Shown here: piece by piece, positions 1 through 8,644 of the stretch | Position numbering within the stretch: the first letter of the stretch is position 1 | Layout of the letters: each line of letters begins with the position of its first letter | Virus record (IMG/VR): IMGVR_UViG_3300032225_000079 | Coordinates: 1-33,660 of that record | DNA from: a virus | Taxonomy: Duplodnaviria; Caudoviricetes | Strand: one strand, 5' to 3' | Length of the DNA: 33,660 bases | Made by a program: the position numbers and the translations under genes | The notes under the pieces: generated by a model | What the model was told of the DNA's origin: nothing | Database searches by the model: none | Seen by the model: the letters and a program-made list of their open reading frames with translations, nothing else

Positions 1-123
1 CCACTGCCTGTTGTTCCAATTTGCACATCAATCGTATTGCTACCAATAGCGGTTGAATATGTTTGCGTTCCGTTTAATGTTCCGTTGGTAAACCAAGACA
101 TTGTTGAACCACTGCGAGTTACC
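1..123. repeat. Terminal direct repeat, left copy (circular-assembly overlap)
   Basis: 1-123 is identical to 33538-33660, and the reading frame continues across the junction. Confidence 0.95.
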
Positions 124-782
124 GCAAAATGATTCCAAGTTCCTACGGCTAATGTAAAACTTGTTGGGCGAAAATCATTAGCCGCATTATTAGAAATAAA
201 TCTAATTGCTGTTCCGGTTGTTTGCAATGCCCAAGGATACGTTACTGTATTATCTGGGCCAATTATCCATTGATTAGCCGATACAGAATTTAAATATACC
301 CAGCATTCAACCGTAAAATCTCCGGTAGAAAAATTAAATGCGGCATTTGCAGGGACTGTAAGCCTATCACCAGACCCATCAAAATAATTTGACCAATTAG
401 AACCATAAGGTGTAAACGTGCCTTGGGTTGTATTGCCATTACGGGTGATAGCAAAGCTAGATGAAATTGCAGTGCTTGCTACAGTCTGAGAAACACTTAC
501 TGTGTAAGTTCCAACACCACCTGTTGTTCCAGTTAGCTGAGCAGAGATAGTTGCTGAAGTTACGCCAGAGCCACTAATGGTATGCCCAATTAAAATAGTG
601 CCAGAAGTAACAGCAGTAACAGTCATTGTTGTTAATGCAACGGCAGCAGTAAAGACTGCACCTACGTCTAGGAATGTATTGTTTTGTGCGCCATTAGTTC
701 CGTCACCATGCAAGAGCATAGTGACATAATTAAATTGTGGGTCTTTAGCCGCAACGCTTCCAGATTTAGATGCTGCAAACAT
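1..782 (-). CDS. 5' part of LamG/concanavalin A-like fibre (receptor-binding) protein; continues at 33537 to 32124, 731 aa in total
   Basis: ATG at 782 overlaps the upstream TAA (TAATG). Reads MFAASKSG...[15 protein letters not shown]...[10 protein letters not shown]...[10 protein letters not shown] and is in frame with ORF 32124..33638 through the terminal repeat. Confidence 0.85.
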   Translation of the reverse strand, partial: MFAASKSGSVAAKDPQFNYVTMLLHGDGTNGAQNNTFLDVGAVFTAAVALTTMTVTAVTSGTILIGHTISGSGVTSATISAQLTGTTGGVGTYTVSVSQTVASTAISSSFAITRNGNTTQGTFTPYGSNWSNYFDGSGDRLTVPANAAFNFSTGDFTVECWVYLNSVSANQWIIGPDNTVTYPWALQTTGTAIRFISNNAANDFRPTSFTLAVGTWNHFAVTRSGSTMSWFTNGTLNGTQTYSTAIGSNTIDVQIGTTGS

Positions 783-1612
783 TAGTAATTTTGTCCAATT
801 GTTGTGCCATACCAGTTTGTTCCATCACTGAAGAAACTGTAAATATCTTGTTTACTGGCAGTTCCAGTAATAGTTGGTGCAGTTGCACTAGGCCAAGTCA
901 CTGTTGACCAAGTGACAGATCGTGAGCCTGTTGCGTCTTGTTTCAACATAATGATAAAAGACTTACCAGCACCTTGTGATGGCATCGTAATAGTTGCATT
1001 ACCCGTGAGAGTTAACTGCTGAACAGTGCCATTGGTCAAAGCTACTGTGATCGCAGTGCTAGTGTTAGCTGTGTACAGAGTCTCTGTATAGTTCGTAACT
1101 GTTGGGTTTGTCAGGGTCTTGTTGGTTAAAGTCTCTGTACCTGTGTAAGTTGTGATACTTGCACCAGCCAATGTTGTCGCACCAGTACCACCATTAGCAA
1201 TTGCCAAAGTTCCAGTAACGCTTGCCAAATTAACTGTGCCAAGTGTTTGCTTTAAAGCGCCATTGGTGTCATAAGTTCCATCACTTGACCAAGTGTCACC
1301 AACATTAAGAGTAACCTTAGCAAGTGTTCTTTGTGTTCCATTGTTGTCGTATTTGACAGTAATAGTGACTGCCGCAGTATCTTTATTCTCAATAAAGACT
1401 TTTTTGATAATCCTACGAGTGCTACTAGCAGGAGCAGACACTACAGTTACATCTGTAACACCATTCAAAGCGCCATCTAAAGCGCCTTCTGTAAAAGCAG
1501 TTCCATTGTTGTCAGCATAAGAAACAATGTAATCTGGGTTTGTGGTTGCCGCAGCACCAGACATATTGACCTTAATGGTCTTTGTCGTTGAATCAAGGAC
1601 TAGGGTTGACAT
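782..1612 (-). CDS. Fibre/adaptor structural protein, 276 aa
   Basis: Thr/Gly-rich, LAIANGGTG and TLTNKTLT fibre motifs; C-terminal ...[10 protein letters not shown] domain paralogous to 25343..25894; RBS GAGGA. Confidence 0.7.
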   Translation of the reverse strand: MSTLVLDSTTKTIKVNMSGAAATTNPDYIVSYADNNGTAFTEGALDGALNGVTDVTVVSAPASSTRRIIKKVFIENKDTAAVTITVKYDNNGTQRTLAKVTLNVGDTWSSDGTYDTNGALKQTLGTVNLASVTGTLAIANGGTGATTLAGASITTYTGTETLTNKTLTNPTVTNYTETLYTANTSTAITVALTNGTVQQLTLTGNATITMPSQGAGKSFIIMLKQDATGSRSVTWSTVTWPSATAPTITGTASKQDIYSFFSDGTNWYGTTIGQNY

Positions 1613-1621
1613 ATTTTCCTC

Positions 1622-4096
1622 TTAAACCATAAACCATGCGTAAGCATTACCAGCACCACTACTGCTTGTGGCTGCAATTGTTTGATTAGGCCAAGTTCCT
1701 GTAACTGTAATATTTGTGCCAGCAACAATGCTTGGAGTTGTTGTTCCTGTGCCGCCATTAGCTACTGGTAGTGTACCTGTCACGCCAGTTGTCAAAGGCA
1801 AACCCGTTGCGTTAGTCAACGTAACCGATGTTGGCGTTCCTAAAAGTGGTGTGACAAGCGTTGGGCTTGTGGCAAATACGTTTGCGCCAGTGCCAGTTTC
1901 GTCAGTCAAAGCTGCTGCCAAATTTGCGCTAGTTGGTGTGGCCAAGAAAGTAGCGACACCCGTTCCAAGACCAGACACACCCGTGCTAATTGGCAAGCCA
2001 GTCGCATTGGTTAATGTGGCAGATGTAGGCGTGCCCAAAATTGGCGTTATCAAAGTGGGCGAGGTAGCAAACACAGCAGAGCCAGTGCCTGTCTCATCGG
2101 TTAACGCGCCTAAAAGGTTGGCAGACGTAAACGATCCCAATGATGTGGCATTGCCTACGCTTGTGATGGCGCCAGTCAAGTTGGCATTGGTTGTGACGCT
2201 ACCCGCTGTCAAACCAGAAGCAGTACCAGTAATATTTGTGCCAACCAATGCGCTTGGAGTTCCGAGTGCAGGAGTGATAAGTGTGGGACTGGTTGAAAAT
2301 ACAAGTGAGCCTGTACCTGTTTCGTCTGTAACGCTTGCAGCCAAGTTTGCAGATGTTGGCGTAGCTAAAAATGTTGCCACGCCAGTGCCCAAGCCGCTTA
2401 TTCCAGTAGAAATTGGCAAACCAGTTGCATTTGTTAGAGTAGCAGAAGTTGGAGTTCCAAGAATAGGAGTTACTAGCGTTGGACTAGTAGACAATACAGT
2501 GTTACCAGTTCCAGTGCTTGTAGTAACACCAGTACCACCATTAGCAACTGGTAAAGCAGTTCCACTGTAGGTAATTGACAAAGTACCAGAAGTAGTTATT
2601 GGACTTCCAGAAACTGATAAAAATGTTGGAACTGTTGCCGCAACAGAAGTAACAGTACCTGTATTATTTGTATATCCACTAGGATTAGATGCAGCATAAG
2701 CACCAAGACTTGTTAAAGCACCTGCAGCAGTAGTTGCATTTGTACCACCAGATGCAATAGCAATTGGAGTTGTTGAAGTGACAGATGTAAAAGCACCAGT
2801 TGATGGGGTTGTTGCCCCAATAGACATATTGTTAATAGTGCCTAAATTAGTTGGAGCAACTTCAAGACTTCCTGTGCCAGTTGGTTTGATGTGTACATGA
2901 CCAGTACCAGTAGGACTTATATCTATCTGTGCATTACTACCATTTAAATTTGTGGAAACATCTACAGAAACATTATTTCCACCACCACCACCCCATTGAA
3001 TTTGATTAGTTCCACTAGCATTGCGTAAAACACCACCAGCAGAATTTACAGCATCAAAATATGGAGAAACTACTTTTGTAGTAGCAGTAAGTATTGTTCC
3101 TATTACAGTTGTGGCAGTAGTCGCACCAATTGTTGTTCCATCAACTGCACCACCAGTAATTGCCACATTGTTGGCATTCTGAGTTGCGATAGTGCCAAGA
3201 CCACTAATGTCTGAGGTGCTTAAAGTAACAGCACCAGTTCTACCCGCAACAGAAGTAACTAAGTTGGTTTGGTCAATCTTCTGCCAAACAGAGCCATTGA
3301 ACAATAACCAATCGCCAATCTGCCAATCAGTAATTCCATTCAGATTCGTAGAACCCGCTGTTCCAACAATGTAGTAATAGCCATTTGTACCAGTGCTAGA
3401 AGCAAGGGTAGGGGAGTTGGTAGACGCATTCCAAGTGCCTTGGTAACTTAGACCACTGGCAATAGAACCCCAAGAAGTGCTTGTCCCATTGGTTGTCAGA
3501 TACTTGCCTGAGTTACCAGTTTGGCTTGGAATCAGAGTGTTAATCTGAGTCTGTAAAGAAGCAAGAGTGTCTAAGACATACTGAGATGTACCACCACCAT
3601 TGGTGATAACTTTGATCTGGCTTGCTAACTCCATTGGCACAATCTCGCCAACATTGATCTCATTTCCGTTAGACAACGTAATGACTAAACCACCATCAAA
3701 ATCTAGGTAAGCATTGGCTACAGATATACCATCTATGCCATCTATTCCGTCTTTACCAGCAGGGCCTTGAGCGCCTTGACGACCCATAGCGCCATCTTTG
3801 CCTGGCTTGCCATCTCTGCCATCTCGTCCATCCGTTCCGTTGATACCATCACGACCATCTGCAATAGATGCAACTCGTTTCTCAATGAGATTTCCTAAAT
3901 CGTCATAGCGACTGCGAATGTCTGACTCAATCTTCTTTAGTGCTTGGACAACAATATCAACATTCTCGCCAATCTTTTGCTTTTGGACTGCTCTAGCGTT
4001 AGCAACTGAAGTTTTAACAGAGGCAAGAATAGCCTCCTGTTGCTCAGGAGTCATGCTCTTGAGTATTAACTCCTTGACTAGGCTTTCAGCGTCCAT
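1622..4096 (-). CDS. Long fibre protein with coiled-coil N-terminus, collagen-like G-X-Y segment and Thr-rich repeats, 824 aa
   Basis: About 15 G-X-Y triplets (GRDGINGTDGRD...GIDGIDG); YQGTWNAST motif; repeated SPTLxTPxLGTP and TDETGTG units. Confidence 0.75.
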   Translation of the reverse strand: MDAESLVKELILKSMTPEQQEAILASVKTSVANARAVQKQKIGENVDIVVQALKKIESDIRSRYDDLGNLIEKRVASIADGRDGINGTDGRDGRDGKPGKDGAMGRQGAQGPAGKDGIDGIDGISVANAYLDFDGGLVITLSNGNEINVGEIVPMELASQIKVITNGGGTSQYVLDTLASLQTQINTLIPSQTGNSGKYLTTNGTSTSWGSIASGLSYQGTWNASTNSPTLASSTGTNGYYYIVGTAGSTNLNGITDWQIGDWLLFNGSVWQKIDQTNLVTSVAGRTGAVTLSTSDISGLGTIATQNANNVAITGGAVDGTTIGATTATTVIGTILTATTKVVSPYFDAVNSAGGVLRNASGTNQIQWGGGGGNNVSVDVSTNLNGSNAQIDISPTGTGHVHIKPTGTGSLEVAPTNLGTINNMSIGATTPSTGAFTSVTSTTPIAIASGGTNATTAAGALTSLGAYAASNPSGYTNNTGTVTSVAATVPTFLSVSGSPITTSGTLSITYSGTALPVANGGTGVTTSTGTGNTVLSTSPTLVTPILGTPTSATLTNATGLPISTGISGLGTGVATFLATPTSANLAASVTDETGTGSLVFSTSPTLITPALGTPSALVGTNITGTASGLTAGSVTTNANLTGAITSVGNATSLGSFTSANLLGALTDETGTGSAVFATSPTLITPILGTPTSATLTNATGLPISTGVSGLGTGVATFLATPTSANLAAALTDETGTGANVFATSPTLVTPLLGTPTSVTLTNATGLPLTTGVTGTLPVANGGTGTTTPSIVAGTNITVTGTWPNQTIAATSSSGAGNAYAWFMV

Positions 4097-6116
4097 TGCT
4101 TAACTCCTTGGTCAACTGATCTAAGAAATCTTGTTCCATTCCTGAGATTTTATTCTGTTTGTCAGCCATTTGCAGTTCAACAATCTTAGACTTGTTCTTA
4201 ATATCAGCTTCTTTTAGCATCAATTCAGCAATCTTGACCCGTTTGTCAAACTCATTAGATTCTTGACCTTGAGGCAAGTTCTTAGTAGTGCTACTAATCA
4301 CTTTAGCCTGAAGTTCTTGAGGCATTAACTGAGCTTCAACTGACAACTTAGTCGCTTCTGCACGATTTTGCTCTGCTTGAGTCGCTTGGACTGCAATTTG
4401 AGCCTGTTGCAGTTGCATAGCCAACTGTTGTTGAGCTTGTTGCATCTGTTGAGCTTGTGGATCAGGTTTAGCCATCTGGTCAAGCATCTGAATCAACTCA
4501 TGTCTATTAGACAGAGAGGAATTGCTCATAATGCCCTTCAAAATGATAGGCAAAACAGGTGTATTAGGTCCAAGAGTCTGCAAGAGAGAGATGAACTGTT
4601 GTTGTTCATGCTCACGGGCAATAATGCCAAGCGCTGCAGTAGGAATAAACTTCAGATCAACAGTAGGATAACGCTCAGGGTCAAACTGCATATAGCGATA
4701 TGCGGCTTTATTGATAAATGGAATCATAAAGTCTTCTTGGAAGTTCACCAAGGTGCGTTTGTACTTCTTGATGATCGAGGCAACTGCCATCGAAATACCA
4801 CCTTGACCAGCATCACGGGCAACATTGGATATCATACCATTGCTATCTAGCGTACCAGTAGACTGCAAGAGCATTCTTTCAAACTCTTTAGCAGTATTCA
4901 TGTTTGCAGGGTCTGTACTTCCAAATTTGAATGGGTACAAAATCTCATTAGGATTGCCGTTTGTCAGGATGTTCTTGCCTGGCTTCACTTCAAACTTCAT
5001 GCCCCTTGGCAGACGAGTAGCATCCATCGCAATCATTGGGCTTGTAGTCAGTGCTAAAGAATCCAAATGTGAGCGAATCTGTGCGTCTACAGCCTTTTGA
5101 GAGTTGTAAGCCTTTTCTACAGTACCACGACCAAGCAAGCGATTAGGAATTGTATCGTCCTGATAAGCAAGAATTGGACGATCCTTCATCATGTAAGGAT
5201 TCTTCTCTGCTTTGAGAAGTACGCCATCGTTTGCAATAACGACAATAGCCTCTACCAAGTCTGAATAGTCATCTTGAATAGAGTCTTCAGGAAACAAATC
5301 CTCTACTTCTTTGCCTTCTTCTAGCTGTTCAATGTATTCTCTAGGAACTAAGCCATAGTAAGTAAGAAGTTTTACTTTATCGTCTTGATACTGAGTAACT
5401 TCTTGAGTAGGCTCAAGGTCATTGTCCATTGAGTCAGTGCCGATTTTTACCTTGCGATAGATTCCGTCTTCTTGGCCTTTGACAACTTTGTGGATAGAGA
5501 CATATTTCTCAATAGCCACACCCATACAGTCATCAATAGATGTTCCATTAGGGTCAAACAGGAAGTTCTTGGGGTTTACAGGGACAATCTTAACGGCAAT
5601 GCGGTCTTTTTCCATCACTCCGATAGCTGCTTGGCCTCGTTGACCAGGTATCGGTTGTGTGCTCGGAACATAGACTTTCTCTGTTTTGACAACAATCTCA
5701 CCAATGCCAGTACCATAAATTTCTGCCATCAACTCAATTTGGTCTATAGACTTGCGAATCTTGTCTACTTTAAAGTCTTCCATCAGTTGAGCCTTAATCA
5801 TGGCTACATCTAATGGGTTGTTGTTTACATCACGGATATCGTCATCAATGTCAAAGAACTCACCTTGACCAAAGATGGCTTCCATGATCTCAGCATGGCG
5901 TGTTTCTACGGCTTGAGTTGTGCCAGGCGTTACGATTCTAGAACGCTCAGACTCACGGGTTTTATCTTGGGCATCCCATTCACCACGGAAGATACGCTCA
6001 TATTCGAGCCAATCAGTAAGAAAGTTTATATCCCGATAGTCTCTCCAACGATCACAATGGTTAACTACAAAGTCAACTAATTCTTTATCGCTGTCTGTTG
6101 GTTCTTGGAATTCCAT
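4086..6116 (-). CDS. Portal protein, 676 aa
   Basis: Directly follows terL; size; YGTGIG, PKNFLFDP and GRG motifs; Gln-rich coiled-coil C-terminus as in P22-like portals. Confidence 0.85.
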   Translation of the reverse strand: MEFQEPTDSDKELVDFVVNHCDRWRDYRDINFLTDWLEYERIFRGEWDAQDKTRESERSRIVTPGTTQAVETRHAEIMEAIFGQGEFFDIDDDIRDVNNNPLDVAMIKAQLMEDFKVDKIRKSIDQIELMAEIYGTGIGEIVVKTEKVYVPSTQPIPGQRGQAAIGVMEKDRIAVKIVPVNPKNFLFDPNGTSIDDCMGVAIEKYVSIHKVVKGQEDGIYRKVKIGTDSMDNDLEPTQEVTQYQDDKVKLLTYYGLVPREYIEQLEEGKEVEDLFPEDSIQDDYSDLVEAIVVIANDGVLLKAEKNPYMMKDRPILAYQDDTIPNRLLGRGTVEKAYNSQKAVDAQIRSHLDSLALTTSPMIAMDATRLPRGMKFEVKPGKNILTNGNPNEILYPFKFGSTDPANMNTAKEFERMLLQSTGTLDSNGMISNVARDAGQGGISMAVASIIKKYKRTLVNFQEDFMIPFINKAAYRYMQFDPERYPTVDLKFIPTAALGIIAREHEQQQFISLLQTLGPNTPVLPIILKGIMSNSSLSNRHELIQMLDQMAKPDPQAQQMQQAQQQLAMQLQQAQIAVQATQAEQNRAEATKLSVEAQLMPQELQAKVISSTTKNLPQGQESNEFDKRVKIAELMLKEADIKNKSKIVELQMADKQNKISGMEQDFLDQLTKELSNGR

Positions 6117-7375
6117 TACACCCCCGAAATTATGTCAATCGGCTCCCACTCATCTTCTTCATCTTGTTCAAAATATGAAGTAATGGCAAGCTGATCCATG
6201 TATGATAAAGCATCTGGCAGGTCATCATGCACACCATTTGCAGGAAACATCAGAAGTTGGTCAATAAAGTCATCCCAATTCTCTTCGGAATTAAGCACGA
6301 TTCTGCCATGTTCGAACCTTCCTTGCAATGACCAAATGATCCTATCTGCTTTTTTTCTGTTCCCATGAGTCAAATCTACGATATGGGCATAGACATTATT
6401 CTTTCTCATAAGGTCGCTCAGATAGGGCAAAACAGCGTTCTTTAGCGCCCCCCTCTCGATTCCTACGGAACTTGGCCTGTAGTCTCTTATTGCCATTAGT
6501 ATCTTAGCCGCAGTCTCTCGGATGTCCCATCTTCCATGGATTATCTCTTTGACAAACCACTTTCCATCGTCTGTAACCTTAACAATACAGATAGCAGACT
6601 CATCCAATCTCTTCTTAGCATTGCCCGCTTGTTTTGCAACTTCTTCAAATCCCGCTAGGTCAATAGAGACAAAATAGCTTCCGTGTTCAGGTTCTACCCC
6701 GTACTTTAACCACTCTTCCTTAAACATATCACTTCCCGCATTGGAGAAGGATGCCATATATTCTTGTTTAAAAGCAAAGGAACTTAATGTCTTCTTGGCA
6801 GATTCTATCTCTGAAGCATCAATCAAAGGGTTATCTGCAGTCGTAAAGTGCCACGACTTCCAATCAGGATCATCACCTTCTTCTCCTAGTTTGAAGGTAT
6901 CAAAGAACCAATTACGCCCTTTAGGAGTCCCAATAAAGAGTGCTCTTCCCTTCTTGTCTGACAGAGAAGCCCTGATAACTTGTTCCCAAGCCTCTGGTTT
7001 AATGTCTGCTACTTCATCAAGTACAGCATAGGTTAGAGACACACCCCGTAAGGTATCAGGTCTATCAGCTCCACGAACGTAGATTCTTGCTCCGTTTATC
7101 AGAGTGATGTCCAAGTTATTAACGTGGCTTCCCTGAATAACCTCTCTACCAAGGTCTAATAACAAGTCCCAGATGATCTGTCTAGACTGTCCCATAGTAG
7201 GAGAAACATACAGAACAGCAGACCCTTGTGGACACTTTAGTCCCTCTATCAGGAGAGATACTGCCGCCATCCTAGACTTACCACATCTACGCCCAGCAGC
7301 AACAACCTTAAACCTTGTCTTATCTTTAAATACTTCTTGTTGCCAAGGAAGTAAACTAAAGTTCAAATCAGCCAT
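6116..7375 (-). CDS. terL: Terminase large subunit
   Basis: Walker A AAGRRCGKS, Walker B AVLDEVA, coupling motif IGTPKG, RNase H-like SIDLAG and HDDLPDAL. Confidence 0.95.
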   Translation of the reverse strand: MADLNFSLLPWQQEVFKDKTRFKVVAAGRRCGKSRMAAVSLLIEGLKCPQGSAVLYVSPTMGQSRQIIWDLLLDLGREVIQGSHVNNLDITLINGARIYVRGADRPDTLRGVSLTYAVLDEVADIKPEAWEQVIRASLSDKKGRALFIGTPKGRNWFFDTFKLGEEGDDPDWKSWHFTTADNPLIDASEIESAKKTLSSFAFKQEYMASFSNAGSDMFKEEWLKYGVEPEHGSYFVSIDLAGFEEVAKQAGNAKKRLDESAICIVKVTDDGKWFVKEIIHGRWDIRETAAKILMAIRDYRPSSVGIERGALKNAVLPYLSDLMRKNNVYAHIVDLTHGNRKKADRIIWSLQGRFEHGRIVLNSEENWDDFIDQLLMFPANGVHDDLPDALSYMDQLAITSYFEQDEEDEWEPIDIISGV

Positions 7376-7745
7376 ATTTAGCCTCTACATCTTCTGGTTG
7401 TTCAGTAGCTTCGATAGTAGTCGGTTCTACTCCTAATCCAGTAATGTTAATCGTCACAGCACTTCTCTGACTCTTATCCTTTTCAAACAAAGAAACAGGA
7501 AGAGTCCTATCCAAACACATCTTTAAAGCCACCAACTGATGCGGATGCTCATCATTTAAAGCTATTTCTATGACTTTCTGAGCCACATCCTTACCTCCAC
7601 TCCTAATCATCAACTCCTTAAGCTCCTTGAGCCTTTGGTGGTCTGTCTTAGGCAGAACAAGGGGTGGATTGTCAGCAAACCTCTGTATGGTCATCTTGAC
7701 GCTTCCCTTTGGTCTTCCTCTTCCTCGTTTAAGAGTCGTTTCCAT
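7368..7745 (-). CDS. terS: Probable terminase small subunit, 125 aa
   Basis: Overlaps terL start; N-terminal KRGRGRPKGS; ALKMCLDR helix and TINITG tail; RBS AAGGT before ATG 7745. Confidence 0.7.
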   Translation of the reverse strand: METTLKRGRGRPKGSVKMTIQRFADNPPLVLPKTDHQRLKELKELMIRSGGKDVAQKVIEIALNDEHPHQLVALKMCLDRTLPVSLFEKDKSQRSAVTINITGLGVEPTTIEATEQPEDVEAKYG

Positions 7746-7836
7746 ATTACCTTTCAATTTAGCTTTTTTTGAGGTAGGGAGGCTCCATCAATATCCTCAC
7801 ACACAACCTACACCCTCCCCCCCATCAATCTCACCC

Positions 7837-7856
7837 TACTGTCTATCCATACAGCT
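7837..7856. promoter_or_regulatory. LexA (SOS) box-like site
   Basis: TACTGTCTATCCATACAGCT has a perfect CTGT-N8-ACAG core (7839-7854), intergenic. Confidence 0.65.
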
Positions 7857-7891
7857 TATGGTTTCTACCTAGGTACTTACACTTATGTCTA

Positions 7892-7910
7892 GATGCGAAT
7901 GATTCTTATT
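7892..7910. promoter_or_regulatory. Fur box-like site
   Basis: GATGCGAAT-G-ATTCTTATT matches 15/18 to the 9-1-9 palindrome AATGAGAATnATTCTCATT. Confidence 0.55.
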
Positions 7911-7984
7911 TAGATTTAGAAGGGTGTGAATAGCAGATGCACCTTTTCCGATGTACTTGTCTTTTTGTTTATCAGTGTTCTATC

Positions 7985-8248
7985 CTATTCATTCCCTATT
8001 GATTCCCTTATGTCATCCCTTAGTGATTTCTCTTCATTGGGGCTGTTAGTTGTTGCCCGACCTATATTTAAAAAACTCAATGGCATATTGGGTCTAAAGC
8101 CTTGATTGTGCGCCTCCAGGTAGAGGTCTAACACGTTCTCGAATCCTCTACATAAATTGCCATTACCTGCAGCAAGCAAGATCATTCTCTGAGGGTCTGA
8201 CAGTGTTCTTTGAAAGTACTTTGTCTGAGGGTTTGAGGGTCTGCCCAT
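7985..8248 (-). CDS. Small DNA-binding protein, possible ribbon-helix-helix regulator, 87 aa
   Basis: MGRP arm, strand KYFQRTL, helix-G.GN-helix pattern; RBS AAGAG; extended -10 TGATAGAAT at 8274-8282. Confidence 0.5.
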   Translation of the reverse strand: MGRPSNPQTKYFQRTLSDPQRMILLAAGNGNLCRGFENVLDLYLEAHNQGFRPNMPLSFLNIGRATTNSPNEEKSLRDDIRESIGNE

Positions 8249-8285
8249 TGTTTTCTCTTAAATAATTAAAATAATTCTATCATCT

Positions 8286-8328
8286 AAGGGTTTATCCCTA
8301 TGTTTTTTTTCTTTTTTGTTGCTACTAT
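8286..8328 (+). promoter_or_regulatory. Palindromic site plus extended -10 (rightward early promoter)
   Basis: AAGGGTTTATCCCTA (8286-8300), 22-bp gap, TG-C-TACTAT (-10 at 8323-8328). Confidence 0.6.
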
Positions 8329-8371
8329 CCATATACGTTCACTTTGAACGGGTTACTTAATAGGCTTAAAA

Positions 8372-8530
8372 ATGACCACTTTATTCAAGCTCGAAGAGCA
8401 TTTAATGTTTTTATTAGTAGAAGACAAGCTCTGTTTTTCAGAGGGTGATTGGGATTCACTGGCACAAATTCGTCTTGCAATAGATGACACACGGGATCAA
8501 ATTGCCAAACTGGAAAAAGCCACAGCATGA
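8372..8530 (+). CDS. Small hypothetical protein, 52 aa (MTTLFKLEEH...)
   Basis: First ORF after the promoter; ATGA overlap with the next ORF; not in the ORF track. Confidence 0.55.
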   Translation: MTTLFKLEEHLMFLLVEDKLCFSEGDWDSLAQIRLAIDDTRDQIAKLEKATA

Positions 8531-8622
8531 AAAACACTTTTTTAGACTACCTCACAGCCATTGCATTGGGTTTAGCCCTTTGCGTGGGTTTGCTTGCTTA
8601 CTTCGACATTTTGGTTAAATAA
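8527..8622 (+). CDS. Single-TM micro-protein, 31 aa (MKNTFLDYLTAIALGLALCVGLLAYFDILVK)
   Basis: ATGA coupling; one hydrophobic helix. Confidence 0.55.
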   Translation: MKNTFLDYLTAIALGLALCVGLLAYFDILVK

Positions 8623-8644
8623 TCTTTTTTCAATAGGTGTTCAC

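Noticed and set aside
1-123. Biological terminal repeat
   Set aside because: It falls mid-gene and its length is typical of an assembler overlap; treated as evidence of circularity only
1716-2570. 284-aa plus-strand ORF (also 1293..1520, 3192..3374, 23623..24126, 24841..25023)
   Set aside because: Antisense shadows of Thr/Gly/Ala-rich genes; Pro/Val-rich, with no RBS
4368-7436. Plus-strand ORFs opposite portal and terL
   Set aside because: Antisense to well-supported genes, with no motifs
7938-7955. NtrC-like box TGCACC...GATGTA
   Set aside because: Only one good half-site and the spacing is off by one
8594-8644. Upstream starts in the ORF track (8594, 9297, 10482, 13614, 13904, 15933, 22371, 25379, 31375, 7757)
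   Set aside because: Downstream ATGs have an RBS or stop/start coupling and were used instead
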